Below are positions 28,703-38,514 of a stretch of DNA of 64,000 nt, piece after piece (positions within the stretch are counted from its first letter, which is position 1; every line of letters begins with the position of its first letter). The stretch lies in the sequence record SRR31156797_3432; one strand, written 5' to 3'. The notes beneath the pieces were generated by a model. That model made no database searches. It was not told the origin of the DNA and saw only the letters and a program-made list of their open reading frames with translations. Both the position numbers and the translations under genes were made by a program.

Positions 28703-28774
28703 ATAGATGTTGTTTTGTATGAATATATATGATAGAAATTTTTGTTAAATCAAATAGTTGTCTGGTGGTTAATT

Positions 28775-29494
28775 TTGGAAAAGATATCGTACGTTATTCC
28801 GGTTTTTGATGAAGAGGAAAATATTCCGGAGCTACACGCTCAGGTGACGGCAGTCTCTGAAAAGATTGATGCAGAATATGAAATAATATTTGTAGACGAT
28901 TGCAGCAGAGATAACAGCCTCAACATTATCAAAGAGCTCGCAGAAAAGGATAAAACTGTAAAGTATGTCGCATTTGAAGTGAATACAGGTCAGTCAGCTG
29001 CTATGTATGCAGGCTTTCAGTACGCTTCCGGTGATGTGGTGATCACTATGGACGCAGACCTGCAGAACGATCCTGCTGATTTACCTGAGATGCTTAAGTA
29101 TTATGGCGAGTTTGATATGGTCATAGGCTGGAGATTTAACCGTAAAGATACATTTTCTAAAAGAATAGTCAGCAGACTGGGCAACAAAATTCGTAACAGC
29201 ATAGTGCATGATAACGTACACGACACAGGCTGCTCTCTTAAAGTTATGCGAGCGGCTATGCTGAAAAAAATTAAGATATATAAAGGTCTTCACCGCTTTC
29301 TACCTGTTATGATGCAGATGGAGGGAGCGAAGGTGAAGGAAGTAAAAGTAAATCATAGAGCACGCATACACGGTGTTTCTAAATATACAAACATGAAGAG
29401 AGCTAAAGAGGCATTGTACGACCTTATCTCTGTCAGGTGGATGCAGATGAGATACCTCAAGATTCAGGTCAGGGAAACAAATGTCGATAGCTGA
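28775..29494 (+). CDS. GT2 polyprenyl-phosphate glycosyltransferase (ArnC/DPM-synthase-like, soluble form)
   Basis: VIPVFDEEENI, VDDCSRD, GQSAA, MDADLQNDP, DTGCSLK, HRFLP; probable TTG start. Confidence 0.88.
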   Translation: MEKISYVIPVFDEEENIPELHAQVTAVSEKIDAEYEIIFVDDCSRDNSLNIIKELAEKDKTVKYVAFEVNTGQSAAMYAGFQYASGDVVITMDADLQNDPADLPEMLKYYGEFDMVIGWRFNRKDTFSKRIVSRLGNKIRNSIVHDNVHDTGCSLKVMRAAMLKKIKIYKGLHRFLPVMMQMEGAKVKEVKVNHRARIHGVSKYTNMKRAKEALYDLISVRWMQMRYLKIQVRETNVDS

Positions 29495-30128
29495 GATAGC
29501 CCTTACTATATTTGGTTTTTTGGGACAATTACTTTTCTTTATGCGCTTCATCCTGCAGTGGCTCTTCACTGAGAGGTATAAGAAGAGCACCGTACCTGTA
29601 TCTTTCTGGTATTTCAGCCTTATAGGAAGCTTTATGCTCCTTACATACGCTATGCTTATCAAAGATCCGATATTTATTTTAGGTCAGTCCACAGGTGCGA
29701 TAATATACCTTCGTAACCTATCACTTATTTATAAAGAGCGAGGTACGAGAAGCAAGCATTTTACATATAAAATGATTCTGATACTTCTGGTTTACTTCGG
29801 ATTAGTTGCTGTTGCAGCGATGTTTTATCCTGAAGTTATAAGAGATGAAAAGCCTTCTTATACTGGCTATATCTTCGCCATAGGGATAGTTGCCCAGACG
29901 ATGTTCTTCGCACGTTTTCTCGCCCAGTGGATATACTCAGAGCGCATGAAAAAGAGTGCGTTCCCTGTGGTCTTCTGGTATTTCAGCATGGCGGGGAGCT
30001 CGCTCCTGCTAATATACTCAGTTCTCGTTCATGACCCTGTATTCATAGCCGGGCAGTCGGTTGGTATGTTAATATACTTCAGAAACCTGTATTTCATACA
30101 TCTGGAGAAGAAACAGAAAAATGCTTAG
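29481..30128 (+). CDS. Membrane protein with two lipid A biosynthesis N-terminal (LAB_N) repeats
   Basis: Two repeats of RF..QW..(S/T)ER.KKS..PV.FWYFS..GS...DP.FI.GQ. Confidence 0.85.
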   Translation: MSIAEIALTIFGFLGQLLFFMRFILQWLFTERYKKSTVPVSFWYFSLIGSFMLLTYAMLIKDPIFILGQSTGAIIYLRNLSLIYKERGTRSKHFTYKMILILLVYFGLVAVAAMFYPEVIRDEKPSYTGYIFAIGIVAQTMFFARFLAQWIYSERMKKSAFPVVFWYFSMAGSSLLLIYSVLVHDPVFIAGQSVGMLIYFRNLYFIHLEKKQKNA

Positions 30129-31725
30129 AGGCAGAAGTTTTTACATCTTTCTGGCGATATATTTTATATACCTGCTCTTTACTGCATACTGGATGCCTCT
30201 TTTCGAAAGCACAGAGGCAAGATATGCAGAGATATCCCGTGAGATGCTCGCAAGCGGAAACTGGATGGAGCCTTATTATAACGGTATTAAGCACTTCCAT
30301 AAGCCTCCGTTTACCTATTGGATAAACGCCCTTGGCATGGCTATCTTCGGTGTGAACGGCTTCGGAGCCAGATTTTTCGGTGCTGTTGCATCTATCCTGA
30401 TTCTTATCTATACACGCAAAACAGCTTTGGCTCTAACTGATGATGATGACACAGCAGACAGATCTGTACTTATACTTGCTACCTCCACGCTTTTTATAGT
30501 GGTCTCAAAAGCTGTAGCGACTGATATATACCTTGTTCTTTTCAGCATTATGTCGCTCTATTACATGTTTAATCAGATGTATGTGCGCAAGTGCATGTCT
30601 AACGCTATCTTTGCAGGGCTCTTTCTCGGGCTCGGTTTTATGACCAAGGGACCTATCGTTTTCCTTTTTACCTTACTGCCTTTTGTGACTGCTAAGTTTT
30701 TCGACCGGGGTCACAGAGGGGTGTTTACCATATCTCAGATATCCGCCGGTGTCCTTGTTTTTGCCGCTGTTTCACTCCCCTGGTATGGGTATGTCGTTAG
30801 CATAAATGATGGACTTCTGGATTACTTCCTTAAAGACCAGACAGTTGACAGGGTTGCCACGAACAAGTTTAAGCGTTCAAAGCCTTTCTATTACTTCTTT
30901 ATGGTCTTCTTTACCATGTTTATCCCTTGGATTTTCTATATGTTTAGGAACTATAAATTCACCGATAAACTTAAGACTGGTAAGCTGGCTTATCTTTATA
31001 TAGTAATGCCGTTTATTATTTTTCAGATAGCTACCAGCAAACTTGGAACATATATCCTTCCTTTTTTTCCTATAGCTTCAATCATTGCGTCTCTGAATAT
31101 CGATTCAAAAATAATAAACAGGTCAACCGGAGTTTTTCTTGCAGTAGCAGGTGTTGCGGTTTGTGCGGCTCCGTTTCTGAAGGATTTTGTTGCACCTTTT
31201 AAAGTGTACCTGATCCCTTTTGGTGCTTTTTACGCAATTCTTGCTTTGCTTTACCTCTTTAAAGGTGATTTTGATAAGCGATTTATACAGACTTTCACTG
31301 TACTTATTTTTGTGCTCACATTTGCCGCATATTGTCTGGTTCCCGCTATCGGACCTTATGTAAAAGGGTATAGAATGCTCACTGACGACATCAAAGCTTA
31401 CGACCCTGACGGTAAGTATGAGGTTCTGATTTATAATACTAATCTTCCGGTAATCTCCTTTTATATGAATGATGTAAAAGCTATCGCCTTTGGTAAAGCC
31501 AGAGAGACTCAGTTCCAGAAACCTGAAGAGTATAGAGATATACTCATAGACACAGATGAACAGCTTGATACCTATCTTAATGACAAAAAAGAGATACTCC
31601 TTGTGTCCAGACATGAAAGCTATAAAGTTTTTGAAGGGAAAACAGGCTATATCTGCAAAGATATTACTCTCAAGGGCGGGGATAAGCGTGTTTCTCACTG
31701 TAAATCTCCTGAGTTATCAAACTAA
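30121..31725 (+). CDS. ArnT/GT83-like membrane glycosyltransferase
   Basis: EARYAEISREM, HFHKPP, MTKGP, KLGTYILP. Confidence 0.88.
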   Translation: MLRGRSFYIFLAIYFIYLLFTAYWMPLFESTEARYAEISREMLASGNWMEPYYNGIKHFHKPPFTYWINALGMAIFGVNGFGARFFGAVASILILIYTRKTALALTDDDDTADRSVLILATSTLFIVVSKAVATDIYLVLFSIMSLYYMFNQMYVRKCMSNAIFAGLFLGLGFMTKGPIVFLFTLLPFVTAKFFDRGHRGVFTISQISAGVLVFAAVSLPWYGYVVSINDGLLDYFLKDQTVDRVATNKFKRSKPFYYFFMVFFTMFIPWIFYMFRNYKFTDKLKTGKLAYLYIVMPFIIFQIATSKLGTYILPFFPIASIIASLNIDSKIINRSTGVFLAVAGVAVCAAPFLKDFVAPFKVYLIPFGAFYAILALLYLFKGDFDKRFIQTFTVLIFVLTFAAYCLVPAIGPYVKGYRMLTDDIKAYDPDGKYEVLIYNTNLPVISFYMNDVKAIAFGKARETQFQKPEEYRDILIDTDEQLDTYLNDKKEILLVSRHESYKVFEGKTGYICKDITLKGGDKRVSHCKSPELSN

Positions 31726-31778
31726 TCTTAAACCTTTAATACCTAAAATATAATTTGCCTAAACTTTGTTAAATAGCG

Positions 31779-31808
31779 TTTGACTTTTATCTGTCAAATT
31801 GATAAATT
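31779..31808 (+). promoter_or_regulatory. Putative promoter of the paaK operon with overlapping inverted repeat
   Basis: TTGACT-17 bp-TAAATT; TTTGAC-N8-GTCAAA palindrome at 31779-31798. Confidence 0.45.
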
Positions 31809-31840
31809 TTTAAGATATGCATTGAACACGGAGTTTGTAC

Positions 31841-33145
31841 ATGATCTGGAACGAACACTATGAAACACTCCCCAGAGAATATCTGGAGGAATTACAGCTC
31901 AGAAGGCTTAGGCAATTACTGAATAACGTCTACGCCAGAGTCGAATTTTACAGAAACGCTATGGACGAAGCGGACATTAAGCCGGACGACATTAAGTCTC
32001 TCGCTGATATCGCTAAGCTTCCTTTCACATATAAGCAGGACATGAGGGACAATTACCCTTTTGGTCTTTTTGCTGTTCCACAGGAGCAGGTTGTGCGCCT
32101 TCACGCATCGAGCGGTACAACAGGCAAGCCAACAGTTGTCGGCTACACCCGCAGAGATATTGAGACATGGACAGAGCTAATGGCTAGGACATTCTCAGCG
32201 GCTGGTGTCGGTGCTGGCGATATACTTCAAAACGCCTACGGATACGGACTTTTCACTGGCGGACTTGGCGCACATTACGGTGCAGAGAAGATCGGCGCAT
32301 CCGTTATCCCTATCTCCGGCGGTAACTCTAAGAAGCAGCTTATGCTTATGAAGGATTTCGGTTCAACAGCATTTTCATGTACACCTTCCTACGCTCTTTC
32401 ACTTTACGAGGCGGCACTGGAAGAGGGTATAGACCCGAAAAAAGACCTTAAACTGAAGGCGGGAATCTTCGGCGCAGAGCCTTGGACAAACGCTATGAGA
32501 GAAGAGATAGAAGAGAAGTGGGGGATCGACGCAGTAGACATCTACGGGCTTTCCGAGATCATCGGACCGGGGGTAGCCTACGAGTGTGTCGAGGCGAAAA
32601 ACGGTATGCACATCAACGAAGACCACTTCATAGTTGAGACTATCAACCCTGAAACAGGGGAGGTAATCCCTAACGGTGAGGAGGGTGAGCTTGTTTTCAC
32701 CACCATCACAAAAGAGGCGATTCCTCTTATCAGGTACCGCACAAGGGACGTGACCAGCCTTATCGTTGAGCCGTGTAAATGCGGGCGTTCATTTGTTAGG
32801 ATGAACAAGGTTATGGGGCGTAGCGACGACATGTTAATCATTCGTGGTGTCAACGTATATCCTTCTCAGGTTGAGAATATTCTTGTTCAGAGAGAAGAGC
32901 TTTCACCTCATTATCTCCTTGTGGTTGAGCGTGACGGAAACATGGACACACTTGAGGTTCTGGTTGAGCTTGCGGAAGGTCAGTTTATGGATAGGGTTCG
33001 CAGACTGCAAGACCTAGCGAAAGGTATTGAGATTGATATCAAAACTATGATAGGAGTAACCTGTAAGGTTCGTATCGTAGAGCATAAAACCATCGCCAGA
33101 AGCGAAGGTAAGGCTAAAAGAGTACAGGATAATAGGAAAATATAA
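31841..33145 (+). CDS. paaK: Phenylacetate-CoA ligase family (PaaK-like), paralog 1
   Basis: [49 protein letters not shown]. Confidence 0.88.
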   Translation: MIWNEHYETLPREYLEELQLRRLRQLLNNVYARVEFYRNAMDEADIKPDDIKSLADIAKLPFTYKQDMRDNYPFGLFAVPQEQVVRLHASSGTTGKPTVVGYTRRDIETWTELMARTFSAAGVGAGDILQNAYGYGLFTGGLGAHYGAEKIGASVIPISGGNSKKQLMLMKDFGSTAFSCTPSYALSLYEAALEEGIDPKKDLKLKAGIFGAEPWTNAMREEIEEKWGIDAVDIYGLSEIIGPGVAYECVEAKNGMHINEDHFIVETINPETGEVIPNGEEGELVFTTITKEAIPLIRYRTRDVTSLIVEPCKCGRSFVRMNKVMGRSDDMLIIRGVNVYPSQVENILVQREELSPHYLLVVERDGNMDTLEVLVELAEGQFMDRVRRLQDLAKGIEIDIKTMIGVTCKVRIVEHKTIARSEGKAKRVQDNRKI

Positions 33146-33157
33146 AGGGGTGGCATA

Positions 33158-33592
33158 ATGAAATTGCAGCAAATCTCAGTTTTCATCGAAAACCAGTCAG
33201 GAAGACTTCTTGAAGTTACAAAACTTCTCGGCGAGAGCGGAATCAATATCAGAGCGCTGTCTCTAGCTGATACATCCGACTTCGGCATTCTAAGGCTTAT
33301 CGTAAACGATCCTGACAGAGCTTATGACCTGCTTAAGAAACACGATTTTACCGTAGGGCGTACTGACGTTCTCGCTATTATTGTGAGTGATCAGCCGGGC
33401 GGACTTGCAGACATTCTAAGCTGTCTTAACGACAACGAAATAAACGTAGAATATATGTATGCGTTTGTTGATCATCTTGAGGCTGGGCGTGCGATAATGA
33501 TTTTCCGTTTCGACGATACAGAGGTTGCATCCGAAAAGCTTAGTGCGGCAGGTTTCAACTTCGTAAGACAAGCGGACATACAGAACTTATAA
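33158..33592 (+). CDS. Tandem ACT-domain protein of the PaaK-associated type
   Basis: QISVFIENQSGRL, LADTSDFGILRLIV, DQPGGL, NVEYMYAF. Confidence 0.88.
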   Translation: MKLQQISVFIENQSGRLLEVTKLLGESGINIRALSLADTSDFGILRLIVNDPDRAYDLLKKHDFTVGRTDVLAIIVSDQPGGLADILSCLNDNEINVEYMYAFVDHLEAGRAIMIFRFDDTEVASEKLSAAGFNFVRQADIQNL

Positions 33593-33691
33593 GCCGACCT
33601 ACGGGAGGCGGGGTAAGCAGGGGGCTGGCAGGTGATCACGGTATAGTGATTTGCCTCAAGGTGCAACCTTGCGGAGATACAGAATTTATAA
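33572..33691 (+). repeat. 21-bp direct repeat (19/21 identical) duplicating the ACT gene 3' end
   Basis: GCGGACATACAGAACTTATAA (33572-92) and GCGGAGATACAGAATTTATAA (33671-91). Confidence 0.75.
33593..33671. repeat. Family A structured element, copy 2
   Basis: GCC-GA-CC-TAC-GG-GA-GGC; ATCAC-GGTATA-GTGAT; CAAGGT-GCA-ACCTTG. Confidence 0.7.
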
Positions 33692-33710
33692 AGGGTTTTC
33701 TCACCTTTCA

Positions 33711-33789
33711 GGCGACTAGCAGGAGCCGGAAAACGAGGGAAATAAAAAAATAAACTCAGTGTCGTGATATGCCAACCGATGCTGATCGG
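33711..33789. repeat. Family A structured element, copy 3
   Basis: GGC-GA-CT-AGC-AG-GA-GCC, GGAAAACGAGGGA, CTCAGTGTCGTGATATGCC, CCGAT-GCTG-ATCGG. Confidence 0.7.
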
Positions 33790-33796
33790 GTAGAAT

Positions 33797-34660
33797 ATGC
33801 AGTTTTTATATTCGGGGCTTACCAGCGGGAGCATCTATGGGCTGGTTGCTCTGGGTTTCAACATAATTTATAACACCACCGGAATTATCAATTTTGCTCA
33901 GGGCGAGTTTGTTATGATCGGCGGGATGCTCATCTATACACTTTTTGCAGTTATGGGGCTGCCTTTTCCGGTTGCCTTTATAGGAGCTGTGGGCGGTGCT
34001 TTCCTTATTGGTATGATATTCGAGAGAACATTCATCAGGCTTACAAGAATCAAGAACGAGCTTAACCTCATCACTGTTACCATTGCGGCATCGATCATTA
34101 TCCGTGATCTCGCCATGCACTACTGGGGGCGTGACTCGTTGCCTGTAAAGGAGTTCATCCCTGTTTTCAATATAGAGATGCCGGGCGGAGTTATCTCCAG
34201 CCAGTCGGTTTTGGTTATAGTAGTTTCCCTTGCGGTGGCGTTTGGGCTTAATCTTTTCCTGAAAAAATCTAGATACGGCAAGGCTATGCGTGCCAGCTTC
34301 GACGACCCTGTGGCGGCTGAAACCTGCGGTATCAAAGTTAGCAATATACGTGTGATGTCATTCGGAGTTGCGGCGCTTCTCGGTGCTGTTGCTGGTGTTA
34401 TCATCGCACCGATCATGTTTGTAACCTACGATGACGGTATTATGACTGGTTTGAAAGGCTTTTCAGCGGCGATTCTTGGCGGGCTGGGTAATTTCGGTGC
34501 GGCTATCGCTGGTGGTCTGATTCTCGGTATTCTTGAGTCATTTTCAGCTAGCATTATACCTTCAGGTCTGAAAGATGCAGTGGCATTCCTTGTGATACTC
34601 ATCATCCTTTTTGTTAAGCCGGACGGGCTTTTTGGTAAGAAGAAGGTGCACCGAGTATGA
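33797..34660 (+). CDS. livH: HAAT/branched-chain amino acid-type ABC permease (LivH-like)
   Basis: GSIYGLVALGF, INFAQGEF, GKAMRA, AAILGGLG. Confidence 0.88.
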   Translation: MQFLYSGLTSGSIYGLVALGFNIIYNTTGIINFAQGEFVMIGGMLIYTLFAVMGLPFPVAFIGAVGGAFLIGMIFERTFIRLTRIKNELNLITVTIAASIIIRDLAMHYWGRDSLPVKEFIPVFNIEMPGGVISSQSVLVIVVSLAVAFGLNLFLKKSRYGKAMRASFDDPVAAETCGIKVSNIRVMSFGVAALLGAVAGVIIAPIMFVTYDDGIMTGLKGFSAAILGGLGNFGAAIAGGLILGILESFSASIIPSGLKDAVAFLVILIILFVKPDGLFGKKKVHRV

Positions 34661-35592
34661 GAAAACTTAACCTTACGCTATTTCTTACCTGCGCAGTTGT
34701 TGTAGTAGGAATCGGTTTCGGCATAGATAATGAATACTACCTCGGTGTTGCGACACTGATGATGATAAACGCCCTTAACACGGCGGCTTTTAACGTTCTG
34801 CTCGGCTATACGGGGATTATCTCAATTGGTCAGGCGGCATTTTACGGAATAGGCGCATATGTCGCTGCGATACTTTCTGTGCACTACGGTGTACCGCCTA
34901 TGCTTACAGTGTTTGCGGCTCCAGTTGTAGCTTTTGCTATAGCATGGTGTGTCGGTTATCCTGTGCTTAAACTGCACGGTCACTACCTGGCAATGGCTAC
35001 ACTCGGTTTCGGTATGATTATATATATTTTTATGAACGAATTCGACGGTATAACAGGCGGTCCATCAGGTTTTATGGGGATAGGCGACCTGTCTGCTTTT
35101 GGCGTAAGCTTTGGCACTGAGAAGGCGTTCTACATATTCATAAGTGGTTTTTTCCTCATATCAGTCTTTCTGTACGAAGTTTTTGATAAGTCATTTTTGC
35201 ACTATAAACTTAAATTCATCAAGAGCTCCGAATCAGCCTGTCGCAGCTACGGTATTGACGTGGCTAAGACAAAGCTTACAGTATTTGCATCAGTGGCGGC
35301 TATCACTGCAATGAACGGTGCACTTTATACATATTACACGCACTTTATCAGTCCGGTATCCTTTGATATTAAATACTCAATCAGCCTTATCTGTATGGCT
35401 ATTGTTGGTGGTTTAGGCTATATATCCGGCGGTATAATAGGTGCGATATTCCTCGGGCTCATCCCTGAGCTGTTCGCTACTTTCGAGGATTTTGAAATGA
35501 TTATATACGGTGGACTTCTCGCTGTGGTGATCATGTTTTTCCCTGGCGGTATAGCTGGGACAGTTAAGAAAATGGTGCGTAAAAATGCTTAA
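34657..35592 (+). CDS. livM: HAAT ABC permease (LivM-like)
   Basis: GYTGIISIGQAAF, GHYLAMATL, TGGPSG. Confidence 0.88.
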   Translation: MRKLNLTLFLTCAVVVVGIGFGIDNEYYLGVATLMMINALNTAAFNVLLGYTGIISIGQAAFYGIGAYVAAILSVHYGVPPMLTVFAAPVVAFAIAWCVGYPVLKLHGHYLAMATLGFGMIIYIFMNEFDGITGGPSGFMGIGDLSAFGVSFGTEKAFYIFISGFFLISVFLYEVFDKSFLHYKLKFIKSSESACRSYGIDVAKTKLTVFASVAAITAMNGALYTYYTHFISPVSFDIKYSISLICMAIVGGLGYISGGIIGAIFLGLIPELFATFEDFEMIIYGGLLAVVIMFFPGGIAGTVKKMVRKNA

Positions 35593-36334
35593 TATAAATA
35601 ACATAGGCGTGAGCTTCGGTGGTGTGCGTGCACTAAATGAGGTGACATTTGAAACACCTGAGAGCGGGATAACAGCCCTTATCGGTCCGAATGGTGCGGG
35701 TAAGACTACTCTGTTTAACGCTATTACGGGGTTTGTTACTCCGACAGATGGCACGGTCGCTTTTGACGGTCAGGATATCACAGCTAATGAGCCTGAAAAG
35801 GTTTTTCCGCTAGGTATATCAAGGACTTTCCAAAACCTGAATATTATTCCTGAGCTTAATCTCAGACAGAATATGTATTTGGGCTTTATAGGTAAAGAGA
35901 ATCCGTCTCCTGTAAGAAGTATGCTCGGTATGAACAACGGCTACTGGAAGGATGCGGAAGATAGAATAGATGAAGCGATGGACTTTGTAAATGTCTGTGA
36001 ATACGCAGAGATGACACCTGATAGCATACCTTACGGTGTACTTAAGAATTTTGAGCTCGGGCGTGCGATACTTTCTAAGCCGAAGATGCTTCTGCTGGAT
36101 GAACCTGCTGCCGGGCTTAACCTCAGCGAGAAGGAAAACCTGGCTGAGATGGTTCAGAAGATTGCAGGTCAAGGTGTAAATATACTTATGGTAGAGCATG
36201 ATATGCAGTTTATATCATCTCTTGCTGATTATGTCGTCTGCCTTAACTTTGGTGAGGTCATCGGCAAAGGAACTTATCAGGAAGTAAGACAAAACCCAGA
36301 GGTACTACGTGCCTATCTGGGTGACGACGCTTAG
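35585..36334 (+). CDS. livG: HAAT ABC ATPase (LivG-like)
   Basis: FGGVRAL, GPNGAGKTT, RTFQN, LLDEPAAGLN, VEHDM, RAYLG. Confidence 0.9.
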   Translation: MLNINNIGVSFGGVRALNEVTFETPESGITALIGPNGAGKTTLFNAITGFVTPTDGTVAFDGQDITANEPEKVFPLGISRTFQNLNIIPELNLRQNMYLGFIGKENPSPVRSMLGMNNGYWKDAEDRIDEAMDFVNVCEYAEMTPDSIPYGVLKNFELGRAILSKPKMLLLDEPAAGLNLSEKENLAEMVQKIAGQGVNILMVEHDMQFISSLADYVVCLNFGEVIGKGTYQEVRQNPEVLRAYLGDDA

Positions 36335-36454
36335 AGCGGTCTTTTTCATCAGCTTCTGCGTTGTAAAATGACAGAAAATGCTCATTTACTTAGCGTAAAC
36401 TGCGCTTTTCTTTACATTTACGCCTTGAATCTGAAAGAAAAATATACACTTTAA
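36331..36454. repeat. Family B palindromic element, copy 2, between livG and livF
   Basis: Imperfect terminal inverted repeat TTAGAGCG/CACTTTAA; core AAAATGCTCATTTAC-N5-GTAAACTGCGCTTTT. Confidence 0.65.
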
Positions 36455-36490
36455 GAAGTTGATGAAGCTATATAGTAAGAAGGATAGATA

Positions 36491-37216
36491 ATGTTAGAAG
36501 TAAAATCCCTTTATGTCTCCTACGGCGGTGTACAGGCGCTCACAAACGTTTCTGTACACGTTAAAGCGGGCGAATTTGTTTCGCTTATCGGGAGCAACGG
36601 AGCGGGTAAAACCACACTTTTAAATAGTATAATGAATATAGTGAGCAAAGAGAAGGGGATGGCTGTTTTCGACGGTAGTGATGTGACAAAGCAGGCGACT
36701 GCTAATATCGTTTCCGGCGGAATGGCGTTAGTACCTGAGGGCAGGCGTGTTTTCGCTAATATGTCTGTTAAGGAAAACCTTGAAATGGGTGGTTTTAAGC
36801 GTCCAGCTTCAGAGGTTAAAAGCAAGCTTTCTGAGGTTACTGACATGTTCCCTGTGCTTGGTGAGCGTGCTGGTCAGATGGCTGGGATGCTTTCCGGTGG
36901 TGAACAGCAGATGCTTGCGATCGGGCGTGCGCTTATGACTGCGCCTCGGATTCTGCTTATGGACGAGCCTTCTATGGGACTTGCGCCTCTTGTTATCAAA
37001 GAGGTTTACGAGAAACTTAAAGTTCTGGCTGAGTCAGGACTCACTATACTGCTGGTTGAGCAAAACGCCAGCATGGCACTTAAATACGCCCAGCGTGGCT
37101 ATGTTCTTGAAAACGGACGTATCATCATGCAGGGTAAGGCTTCGGAGCTTCTTGGCGATAATGAGGTCAAGAGAGCCTATCTGGGCAAGGAGTATAAGGA
37201 AAAATGGGAGAGATAA
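36491..37216 (+). CDS. livF: HAAT ABC ATPase (LivF-like)
   Basis: [37 protein letters not shown]. Confidence 0.92.
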   Translation: MLEVKSLYVSYGGVQALTNVSVHVKAGEFVSLIGSNGAGKTTLLNSIMNIVSKEKGMAVFDGSDVTKQATANIVSGGMALVPEGRRVFANMSVKENLEMGGFKRPASEVKSKLSEVTDMFPVLGERAGQMAGMLSGGEQQMLAIGRALMTAPRILLMDEPSMGLAPLVIKEVYEKLKVLAESGLTILLVEQNASMALKYAQRGYVLENGRIIMQGKASELLGDNEVKRAYLGKEYKEKWER

Positions 37217-38514
37217 ACTACTGGCACGAGCACGAAGAGAGAATGGATCCCGCAGAGAGAGCCATCTTTCAGCTTGAGCGTTTACAGACTACGGTTAACA
37301 GAGCTTACCGCAAAGTTGACTTCTACAGAGAAAAATTTGATGAGCTTGGATACAAGCCTGATGTTATAGGCGATCTTGCTGATATCTCCAAGCTTCCGTT
37401 TACAAATAAATCTGACCTGAGAGAGAATTACCCTTATGGGCTTTTCGCTGTTCCGCTCAGGGATATTGTACGAATACATTCATCCAGCGGAACCACAGGT
37501 AAGCCGACAGTTGTTGGCTATACTAAAAACGACCTTGAAAACTGGAACAATCTAGTCGCCAGACTTATGGTCGCAGGTGGTGTCAGCAAAGATGATATCG
37601 TACATGTATCATTTACTTACGGACTTTTTACAGGCGGATTTGGTCTGCATTACGGTGCAGAGACTATCGGCGCATCCGTTATCCCTGTTTCCAGCGGTAA
37701 CACTCAGCGGCAGATAAATATCATGCAGGATTATAAAAGTACATGCCTTGTCAGTACACCTTCATACGCTCTCCACATAGCTGAAACTATGGAAAAAATG
37801 GGCGTTAAAAAGGAAGATTTAAGCCTTAAATTCGCTCTTCTCGGCTCAGAGCCGTGGGGTGATAAGATACGCAAGGAAGTTGAGGAGCGTCTGGGCGTTT
37901 CAGCAACTGATAACTACGGACTTTCAGAATTACTCGGACCTGGTATCTCAGGTGAATGTACCTGCAAGAACGGTCTGCATATAAACGAAGATTTCTTTTA
38001 TCCTGAAATCATCGACCCGATAACACTTAAACCACTGCCTGAGGGTGAGTGGGGCGAGCTTGTTCTCACAACTCTTAAGCGTGAAGCTATGCCGCTTCTT
38101 CGATATAGAACAAGAGATGTGACAAGGCTTTACAGAGATAATTGTGCTTGCGGCAGAACATTGATAAAAATGGATAAACCTCAAGGGCGTACTGATGATA
38201 TGCTTATTATCAATGGTGTTAACGTCTTCCCGTCACAGGTTGAGGAGGCTCTGAATAATGTTCAGGGTGCATCACCTCACTATATGATTTTTGTCCGTAA
38301 AAAGGGCGCACTCGACTCTATTGAGATAAAAGTAGAAGTGACTGAAGATATCTTCTTTGACGAAATGAAGAAGCAGAGGAAACTTGTTGACGATCTCACT
38401 TCTCAGTTTCAGAAGATATTGCTGCTTAAGCCGAAAGTGACTCTCGTTACAGCGCAGACCCTTGAGCGTTTCGAGGGTAAGGCGAAGAGGGTTGTGGATG
38501 AAAGAAACTTCTGA
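37204..38514 (+). CDS. paaK: Phenylacetate-CoA ligase family (PaaK-like), paralog 2
   Basis: [35 protein letters not shown]. Confidence 0.86.
   Translation: MGEINYWHEHEERMDPAERAIFQLERLQTTVNRAYRKVDFYREKFDELGYKPDVIGDLADISKLPFTNKSDLRENYPYGLFAVPLRDIVRIHSSSGTTGKPTVVGYTKNDLENWNNLVARLMVAGGVSKDDIVHVSFTYGLFTGGFGLHYGAETIGASVIPVSSGNTQRQINIMQDYKSTCLVSTPSYALHIAETMEKMGVKKEDLSLKFALLGSEPWGDKIRKEVEERLGVSATDNYGLSELLGPGISGECTCKNGLHINEDFFYPEIIDPITLKPLPEGEWGELVLTTLKREAMPLLRYRTRDVTRLYRDNCACGRTLIKMDKPQGRTDDMLIINGVNVFPSQVEEALNNVQGASPHYMIFVRKKGALDSIEIKVEVTEDIFFDEMKKQRKLVDDLTSQFQKILLLKPKVTLVTAQTLERFEGKAKRVVDERNF

Noticed and set aside
33572..33796. Mini CRISPR array or riboswitch in the ACT-livH gap
   Set aside because: Only two 21-bp repeats with a 78-bp spacer that is itself a dispersed repeat; no cas genes; no recognisable riboswitch consensus.
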